Source: an uncultured Chitinophagaceae bacterium
GTDB lineage: Bacteria > Bacteroidota > Bacteroidia > Chitinophagales > Chitinophagaceae
DNA length: 64,000 nucleotides
NCBI GenBank assembly: GCA_937919945.1
Contig: CALESY010000119.1
Span: 25,768-89,767 of the forward strand
Direction: 5' to 3'
A model generated the notes under the pieces. That model was not told where the DNA came from and made no database searches. It saw only the letters and a list, made by a program, of their open reading frames with translations. The first letter of the stretch is position 1. Every line of letters begins with the position of its first letter. This document shows positions 57,175-64,000 of this stretch, in pieces. Made by a program: the position numbers and the translations under genes.

Positions 57175-58056
57175 CTACCCTTCATCCTCAATAGCTATCT
57201 CTTTGCCATCGTAGGTGCGGTTTTGCAGATTATATACATCGCCGCTACTCATTATATGGACAATGATATTTTCAACGCTTATAGGCTGGCCTATGCGTAT
57301 GTCTGCTATATTATTATAGTCTATGTTTCTGCCGTCAATGATTACCACACTGCCGCTACCGATGGTTTTCAGATGGTGCCCGTCTGTTACTACCACGCCT
57401 GTATCTTCGCCTATGCCCACACCTATAGCACCCGGATTGGCAGCCACAGCCTGTGCCAACCTGTTGAACCTTCCACGCTTATCGAAGTGAGAATCTATAA
57501 TCACATTCTGTACAAAGCCCAATCCGGTGGTTATTTTCACCTCGCCTTTCAGGTGTGCTTTGTCGGCACTGCCCTCATATATCATGGTATTGCTCATAGC
57601 CATAGCACCGGCACTGGTGCCACCTATCACAAAATGCTCCTCGTGGTAGCGTTCTTTCAGTATATCCAGAAACTGTGTACCGCCGAAGATAGATGAAAGA
57701 CGCAGTTGGTTGCCACCTGAAATCATAATGCAGTGGCAAGCTTTAAGGCGTGCTAAAAATTCCGGGTTAGAAGCATCTTCCCTGTCGCGGATGCGCAGGT
57801 GGCCAATGTTTTTACATCCCAGTTTGCTGAAAGCATCTTTATAGTTGTCTGCCACCTCGTCGGGTATAGACGATGCGGTGGTGATAACCTCTACGTGCGG
57901 GTCTTCCACACCAGTGAGGCTGACGATGTTTTTCAGGATGCCGAGTTCAAAAAAATTGAGCCTGTTCCTTTCTACGATACCTTTCTCCAGGTCTGTTCCT
58001 TTATCTTCTGCACCACCTACCGATACAAGGAAGCCTTTGGGATATGATTGAGCCAC
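57175..58056 (-). CDS. cphB: Cyanophycinase
   Basis: VGGAEDK, ISGGNQLRL, GGTSAGA (Ser), IDSHF..RGR, GIGEDT; GTG start; -7 box TAAATTTG at 58081-58088. Confidence 0.93.
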   Translation of the reverse strand: MAQSYPKGFLVSVGGAEDKGTDLEKGIVERNRLNFFELGILKNIVSLTGVEDPHVEVITTASSIPDEVADNYKDAFSKLGCKNIGHLRIRDREDASNPEFLARLKACHCIMISGGNQLRLSSIFGGTQFLDILKERYHEEHFVIGGTSAGAMAMSNTMIYEGSADKAHLKGEVKITTGLGFVQNVIIDSHFDKRGRFNRLAQAVAANPGAIGVGIGEDTGVVVTDGHHLKTIGSGSVVIIDGRNIDYNNIADIRIGQPISVENIIVHIMSSGDVYNLQNRTYDGKEIAIEDEG

Positions 58057-58154
58057 TATGATAACATAAAATTAATCCAGCAAATTTATACGTTTTCAGG
58101 TATTTGACTTACGGATTATTATTTATTAACTTGTTAAGCTCAACAGTAAAGTGT

Positions 58155-60782
58155 ATGAAGATATTAGACATAAAAGTGATGAACGGCCCCAACTACTGGT
58201 CGGTAAAGCGCCACAAGCTTATTGTGATGCTGCTGGATCTGGAAGACCTGGAAGAACGCCCTACCAACCTGATAGATGGTTTTCTGGAAAGATTGCAGGC
58301 ATTGATGCCCAGCATGTACGAGCACAGATGTAGCGAGGGAGTAGCGGGCGGTTTTTTCAGCCGTGTGAAGGAAGGCACATGGATGGGGCATGTGATAGAG
58401 CACATAGCACTGGAACTGCAAACGCTGGCAGGTATGGAAACAGGCTTTGGCCGTACACGCGAGAGCGATAAGCGTGGCGTGTACCATGTGGTGTTTTCTT
58501 ACTACGAGGCGAAAGCAGGTGTGTATACCGCCAAAGCCGCTGTGCGCATAGCTGAAGCATTGATAGCGGGCGAACCTTATGACCTTGAAAAAGATATACA
58601 GGACTTACGAGAAATACGCGAGGATGAACGCCTTGGCCCCAGTACAGGCTCAATTGTTGATGAAGCCATCAAGCGGAAGATACCATATATACGCCTTAAC
58701 AACCGCTCGTTGGTGCAACTTGGCTATGGTAAAAACCAAAAGCGTGTACAGGCCACTGTTGCCAGCACTACCAGCAGTATAGCCGTTGAGATAGCTTGTG
58801 ATAAGGAAGAAACTAAAAATCTGCTGGAAGCAGCCGAGATACCTGTGCCACGCGGGCGCATTATATATGACGAAGAAGACCTGAAAGCGGCTATAGATAA
58901 AATAAGCTACCCTATCGTTCTGAAGCCTGTAAATGGTAATCATGGCAAGGGTGCTACTACTAACATCCGCACTTGGGACGATGCTTTGGTGGCATTGGCG
59001 GCCGCAAAAAAATACGGGCGTGCAGTGATATGTGAAAAGTTCATTGTAGGGCGTGACTACAGGTTGCTGGTAATCAACTATAAATTTGTAGCAGCAGCAC
59101 TACGCACACCTGCCGCCGTAATAGGCGATGGCAAACATACTATACAGCAACTCATAGATATTGTAAACCAAGACCCGCGCCGTGGTTACGGGCACGAAAA
59201 AGTATTGACATCTATTAAGGTAGATGACTTTACAATGGATATACTGAACAAGAAAGCATACACGCTGGATACTGTGCTGGCAGATAAAGAAGAGCTGTGG
59301 CTGAAGCCAACTGCTAACCTTAGTACAGGTGGCACGGCTACCGATGTTACAGACTTCGTGCATCCTACCAACATATTTATGGCAGAGCGCATAGCACGCA
59401 TCATTGGGTTGGATATTTGCGGTATAGACATCATGGCACCCGACCTGAGTGTACCAATAACAGAAAATGACGGCGCAATACTGGAAGTAAATGCCGCTCC
59501 CGGTTTCCGTATGCACTTAGACCCTACAGAGGGTCTGCCACGCAACGTAGCTGAGCCGGTGATAGATATGCTCTATCCGCCAGGCACAAGTGCTAGGATT
59601 CCTATCATTGCCATATCGGGAACTAATGGTAAAACAACTACCACCCGTCTGATAGCGCATATTGTAAAACAGATGGGGCATAAAGTGGGCTACACTACTA
59701 CCGATGGTGTATATATACAAAACCAACTGATGGTAAAGGGCGACTGCACAGGGCCTGTATCTGCAGAGTTTGTATTGAAAGACCCGACTGTTGATTTTGC
59801 CGTGCTGGAATGTGCACGTGGCGGTTTGTTGCGTGCAGGTTTAGGTTTTCATAACTGCGATGTAGCAGTGGTAACCAACGTAGCGGCAGACCATCTGGGC
59901 TTGCAAGGTATAGACACGATAGAAAAGCTGGCAAGGGTAAAAGCAGTAGTGCCCAACACAGTCTTCCCAGAAGGATATGCTATACTGAATGCCGATGATG
60001 ATTTGGTATATGCCATGCGCGAAGGGTTGAATTGTAAAGTCGCATTATTCTCATTGTATGAAAACAGCCCGCGCATCAAAGAGCATTGTTCTAAAGGCGG
60101 ACTGGCGGCAGTGTACGAGCATGGTTATGTTACCATACTGAAAGGTGGCTGGAAAATACGAGTAGAGAAAGTAACCAATATACCCATCACATTCTCTGGC
60201 AAAGCAGAGTTCAATATATCCAACGTATTGGGTGCTACACTGGCTGCTTATGTACGCGATTTCAAAACGGAAGACATACGCCTTGCATTGCAAACATTCG
60301 TACCATCACCAGCTATGACACCGGGACGTATGAATATGTTCCAGTTCAAAAACTTTACAGTGATGCTGGACTATGCACATAACACGCATGGTATACAGGC
60401 CATTGGTAAATATGTACAGTCTGTAGACGCGCCATTGAAAGTAGGTATAGTAGCGGGTGTGGGCGACAGGAGAGATGAAGACATCATATCATTGGGAGAG
60501 GAGTCTGCCAAGATATTTGACGAAATCATCATCAGGCAGGATAAAAACCTGCGCGGGCGTACGGAAGAAGAAATGATAGAACTGATGACACGCGGCATAC
60601 GCAATGTTGATCCGCTGAAGAAGATAACCCTCTTCCGCAAAGAAAGCGAAGCGATAGACCATGCCATAGCCACAGCGCAAAAAGGTTCGTTCATTGTTGT
60701 TATCAGCGATGTGGTGCCTGATGCACTAGACCAAGTGAAACGCTACAAAGACATAGAAGATGGTGTGGAAGTAACAGTGTAG
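58155..60782 (+). CDS. cphA: Cyanophycin synthetase
   Basis: GPNYWS, HVIEHIALELQ, GPSTGSI, ATP-grasp, GTNGKTTT, PGRMN; start moved to ATG 58155. Confidence 0.96.
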   Translation: MKILDIKVMNGPNYWSVKRHKLIVMLLDLEDLEERPTNLIDGFLERLQALMPSMYEHRCSEGVAGGFFSRVKEGTWMGHVIEHIALELQTLAGMETGFGRTRESDKRGVYHVVFSYYEAKAGVYTAKAAVRIAEALIAGEPYDLEKDIQDLREIREDERLGPSTGSIVDEAIKRKIPYIRLNNRSLVQLGYGKNQKRVQATVASTTSSIAVEIACDKEETKNLLEAAEIPVPRGRIIYDEEDLKAAIDKISYPIVLKPVNGNHGKGATTNIRTWDDALVALAAAKKYGRAVICEKFIVGRDYRLLVINYKFVAAALRTPAAVIGDGKHTIQQLIDIVNQDPRRGYGHEKVLTSIKVDDFTMDILNKKAYTLDTVLADKEELWLKPTANLSTGGTATDVTDFVHPTNIFMAERIARIIGLDICGIDIMAPDLSVPITENDGAILEVNAAPGFRMHLDPTEGLPRNVAEPVIDMLYPPGTSARIPIIAISGTNGKTTTTRLIAHIVKQMGHKVGYTTTDGVYIQNQLMVKGDCTGPVSAEFVLKDPTVDFAVLECARGGLLRAGLGFHNCDVAVVTNVAADHLGLQGIDTIEKLARVKAVVPNTVFPEGYAILNADDDLVYAMREGLNCKVALFSLYENSPRIKEHCSKGGLAAVYEHGYVTILKGGWKIRVEKVTNIPITFSGKAEFNISNVLGATLAAYVRDFKTEDIRLALQTFVPSPAMTPGRMNMFQFKNFTVMLDYAHNTHGIQAIGKYVQSVDAPLKVGIVAGVGDRRDEDIISLGEESAKIFDEIIIRQDKNLRGRTEEEMIELMTRGIRNVDPLKKITLFRKESEAIDHAIATAQKGSFIVVISDVVPDALDQVKRYKDIEDGVEVTV

Positions 60783-60804
60783 TATTATAAGATTGAGATA
60801 TTGT

Positions 60805-60831
60805 AAAGCGGCACTTGTTGCCGCTTTTTTT
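60805..60831 (+). terminator. Terminator after cphA
   Basis: AAAGCGGCA-CTTGT-TGCCGCTTT followed by a T-run. Confidence 0.85.
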
Positions 60832-61648
60832 ACAAATGCAAATGCTCCGCACTAACTGCCCTACCAAAGAAAACAGATGCGTGTGCATCAAAATCCTTTA
60901 CATCGTCTGTTGTGTAAAATTTCATTTGGGCGTTTTTGCTTAGTCGGTTATCCATATCTGTGTGGCGATGCAGGTAGTCGGCAAGGCTGTTGGCAACAAT
61001 ATCGCCCTGCGCTATTACATTAATGCCGGCAGGTAGGTGCTTTTTTATCTTATCCGTCAGCAACGGGTAGTGAGTGCACGCCAGCAGTATGGTATCTGTT
61101 TGCGGTGCATCCTGCATCAATTGATCGAGGTATTTTTTTACAAAGAAATCAGCCCCATCACTATTATACTCGCCATACTCAACTATTGGCACCCACATGG
61201 GGCAAGCCATTTGGTGCACCCGCACATCCGGGAAGAATTTACCGATTTCTATTTCATAAGAACCTGAGTTGATCGTACCGCGCGTACCTAATACAGCTAT
61301 ATGTTTTGTTTTGGTATAGTTGCCTATTACCTCTGCAGTTGGGCGTATCACACCCAGCACACGTTTGTGGTCGTCTATCTTCGGCAGGTCTTCTTGTTGT
61401 ATGGTGCGGAGTGCTTTGGCACTGGCAGTATTGCAGGCAAGTATCACCAGTTCGCATCCCTGCGCAAAAAACCACTGCACACATTGCAGCGTGTATTCGT
61501 GTACCGTTTCGTAGCTACGGTTGCCATAGGGAGCGCGCCCGTTATCGCCCAGATATATATAGTCGTACTGTGGCAGGCGCGCAGCTATAGACTTAAACAC
61601 CGTCAGCCCGCCATAACCACTATCGAATATACCAATGGGAGATTGCAT
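60830..61648 (-). CDS. murI: Glutamate racemase
   Basis: GIFDSGYGGL, LACNTAS, LACTHYP; start probably ATG 61648. Confidence 0.95.
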   Translation of the reverse strand: MQSPIGIFDSGYGGLTVFKSIAARLPQYDYIYLGDNGRAPYGNRSYETVHEYTLQCVQWFFAQGCELVILACNTASAKALRTIQQEDLPKIDDHKRVLGVIRPTAEVIGNYTKTKHIAVLGTRGTINSGSYEIEIGKFFPDVRVHQMACPMWVPIVEYGEYNSDGADFFVKKYLDQLMQDAPQTDTILLACTHYPLLTDKIKKHLPAGINVIAQGDIVANSLADYLHRHTDMDNRLSKNAQMKFYTTDDVKDFDAHASVFFGRAVSAEHLHL

Positions 61649-61698
61649 GGGGTAAAGATAATGTATGCTCATATCTGTCAATACAAAATTTGCACCAT

Positions 61699-62943
61699 TT
61701 ATTTCCAGCTACGCCTATTCCTACTCAAGCAAATCCTTACATCCAATGATGTTGCAAAACCACTAAACATGATAGAATAATAACGATCCCTTACTCTGCG
61801 CGACGCACTGATAAAACCTATATAGGTAGTGATGAAACCTACACCAATTGTGTTTGTAAAATATTTTACTGCATTGCCCTCAATGTGATAATATGGCAAA
61901 ATACCGAAGTCGCTACTGCCATCTGCCCGCAAACCGCCGCCTGCATACAACGCTACTCTGAATTTTTGCGGAGATGCAGGATTTTTCATGTAATGCAGGC
62001 CTGTAACAAAAGTACCGTGTTGCCCTCTGCCATCATAGGTATGTGAACTGTCTTTGGCGCTAAAAACTGTACCACCAAACCTTGCGCCAACAGATAATTT
62101 AATATTATGTGCAGTTTTACGGTTTAATATATCAAATCCGCCTTGTATGATATAGCCCGTATTGATTGCTGTAAGATTTTTTCCGTAACGCTGCTCTTCT
62201 GCAGAAACAAAAGGGAATAGAACTCCCCCTGATAATGATGCTTCAAGGTATGTAACACGTTTACGCTCTTTGCTTTTTGCTTGTTTGTATGGGCGCATTT
62301 TTTCATTATTTTCTATGATATTATTAATACGATTTCTTGTATTGGATGAAACATCTTTTACAGAAGGGAGTAAGACACGGGCATCTGCCTGTACGGCATA
62401 TACACCGTTAACTGCACCAAGACCACCAAATATTTTTGAGGCAGAGGCGCCAATAGAATATCGTTTATTAAAAGCTAATCCTACATAGGCAGATGTATAT
62501 ATGTGTATTAGTTCGTCATACTCATTATAAAAATTAGTACCCCAAAAAGGTCCCGCGTACATCGCTAAACGTAACGTAGTACTGCTGCTAGTGGGGATTT
62601 TGTAATGTACACCTATTGGTGCTGCAGCCATTAACCATAGATTGTTGGAAATATTACGTGAAGTATCAATTTTACCATATTGTTTTACATCGTATCTTTC
62701 TTCATTTACATGAATACTATAACCCATAAGATGTATACCATACGATAGAGAAAACTGCTTGGAGACATTTCCTAATAAATCGGCTGAAAGGCTGTATGCT
62801 TGCCGGTCTTTCGTTTTGTAATTTATACTTTGTGATTTTTTGATAGTAGTAAATAATGGTCCTCCGCTAATGCCTAACTCTACGCCAGGTTGGCCATTTG
62901 TATATAATGATATTGATAGCAGCATAAGGGTTAACAAGCGCAT
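61699..62943 (-). CDS. Hypothetical exported protein with two tandem beta-barrel-like domains
   Basis: Signal peptide MRLLTLMLLSISLY; two similar amphipathic-strand halves (ELGISGG.. and EASLSGG..). Confidence 0.6.
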   Translation of the reverse strand: MRLLTLMLLSISLYTNGQPGVELGISGGPLFTTIKKSQSINYKTKDRQAYSLSADLLGNVSKQFSLSYGIHLMGYSIHVNEERYDVKQYGKIDTSRNISNNLWLMAAAPIGVHYKIPTSSSTTLRLAMYAGPFWGTNFYNEYDELIHIYTSAYVGLAFNKRYSIGASASKIFGGLGAVNGVYAVQADARVLLPSVKDVSSNTRNRINNIIENNEKMRPYKQAKSKERKRVTYLEASLSGGVLFPFVSAEEQRYGKNLTAINTGYIIQGGFDILNRKTAHNIKLSVGARFGGTVFSAKDSSHTYDGRGQHGTFVTGLHYMKNPASPQKFRVALYAGGGLRADGSSDFGILPYYHIEGNAVKYFTNTIGVGFITTYIGFISASRRVRDRYYSIMFSGFATSLDVRICLSRNRRSWK

Positions 62944-63025
62944 TAAATTAAGTTTTAGGTATAGAACAATAATTGACAAAGCAAGCATCATGCCAAATGT
63001 TTGAAACGAAAAATCTGCAATAACT

Positions 63026-63050
63026 AAAAAGAGCCCGTAAATACAGGCTC
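63026..63050 (-). terminator. Terminator-like hairpin upstream of the beta-barrel gene
   Basis: GAGCCTGTA-TT-TACGGGCTC followed by TTTTT on the minus strand. Confidence 0.6.
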
Positions 63051-63175
63051 AGCAGTTTTATCTTTATCGTAATATCAGCATAAACCTATTAAGGTTTTCA
63101 TAAATACTTGTCATGGCATGGTAGAAACGTAGCGTAAGTGTTATTTATACAGTAAATTTGCATCATACTTTACTT

Positions 63176-64000
63176 ATGAGTGACGTTGCTACAACACCCG
63201 TGCTGACAGCTAAAGACTTTGCTACCGACCAGGAAGTGCGTTGGTGCCCCGGTTGCGGAGATTATTCTATACTGAAACAGGTACAAACCATCCTGCCGCA
63301 AACTGGCATACCACGCGAAAATATCGTTATCATATCGGGCATCGGTTGCAGCAGCCGTTTTCCGTATTACATGAACACGTTTGGCATGCACAGCATACAC
63401 GGGCGTGCTACTGCAATAGCCAGCGGGTTGAAAGCTACCCGCCCCGAACTGAGCGTGTGGATTGTAACGGGCGATGGCGACGGACTGAGCATAGGCGGCA
63501 ACCATACCATCCACCTGCTACGCAGGAATTTTGATGTCAACATCCTACTGTTCAACAACCAGATATACGGACTGACGAAAGGACAATATTCACCTACATC
63601 CGAAGAAAATAAAGTAACCAAATCTACCCCGTTTGGTAGTATAGACCATCCATTCAATCCGCTTGCGTTGGCAATGGGTGCAGATGCCAGTTTTATAGCG
63701 CGTACTATGGACCGCGACCCCAAGCACCTGCAACAGATGTTACTCCGTAGCAATGCGCATCACGGCGCATCGTTTCTGGAGATATACCAAAACTGCAACA
63801 TCTTCAACGATGGCGCATTCGAGATATTTACAGAAAAAGGCAGCAAGATGGAAGAGTGCCTCTTCCTTGAACAAGGACAACCATTGCTGTATGGTGCCAA
63901 TAAAGACAAGGGCATCAAGCTGGATGGCTACAAACCACAATTGGTAAACATGGCAGACGGACACAGTGCCACCGACTTGTGGATACACGACGAAAAAGAT
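63176..64000 (+). CDS. korB: 2-oxoacid:ferredoxin oxidoreductase beta subunit, partial; absent from the ORF track
   Basis: MSDVATT...VRWCPGCGDY, SGIGCSSR, HSIHGRA, GDGDG..IGGNH, NNQIYGLTKGQ; -7 box TAAATTTG at 63153-63160. Confidence 0.93.
   Translation, partial: MSDVATTPVLTAKDFATDQEVRWCPGCGDYSILKQVQTILPQTGIPRENIVIISGIGCSSRFPYYMNTFGMHSIHGRATAIASGLKATRPELSVWIVTGDGDGLSIGGNHTIHLLRRNFDVNILLFNNQIYGLTKGQYSPTSEENKVTKSTPFGSIDHPFNPLALAMGADASFIARTMDRDPKHLQQMLLRSNAHHGASFLEIYQNCNIFNDGAFEIFTEKGSKMEECLFLEQGQPLLYGANKDKGIKLDGYKPQLVNMADGHSATDLWIHDEKD

Overview
Chromosomal segment of a Bacteroidota bacterium, probably Chitinophagales-like (inferred from the ccoNO fusion, UpxY, T9SS C-terminal domains and TAnnTTTG -7 promoter boxes). 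(1) 1-19.3 kb, minus strand: a polysaccharide locus with Wzx, Wzc, a PHP phosphatase, two SDR enzymes, two DegT-family aminotransferases, AsnB-like and WbuX-like amidotransferases plus HisH, acyltransferases, a CBS-nucleotidyltransferase and two paralogous GT-like proteins. It is headed by an unusual wHTH + degenerate nucleotidyltransferase regulator and UpxY. (2) 19.6-33.1 kb: a complete cbb3 oxidase operon (ccoI-S-NO-Q-P-G-H), an FNR-type regulator, a degenerate RIC/hemerythrin-like protein, an MBL-rhodanese fusion and a PLP decarboxylase, with three FNR-like palindromes. (3) 33-47 kb: mostly housekeeping genes (AAA ATPase, arfB, purN, hslR, lipoproteins, a two-component pair, tRNA-His, rnz, STAS, clpC). 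(4) 47-64 kb: a frameshifted T9SS Ig-repeat protein, gpmI, an SGNH hydrolase, a half-length carB, a small AT-rich island (repeat-flanked LamG/T9SS gene and an Imm32-like pseudogene), divergent cphB/cphA, murI, a tandem beta-barrel protein and partial korB. No CRISPR array, rRNA, integrase or transposase was seen. The strongest leads are the wHTH-pseudoNTase/operator/UpxY module, the CxxCxxxCH pseudo-RIC coupled to ccoI, the carB ending at the CPS.A/CPS.B boundary, and the cassette-like repeats beside an orphan immunity gene. All family assignments come from motif recognition by eye; no database search was run.
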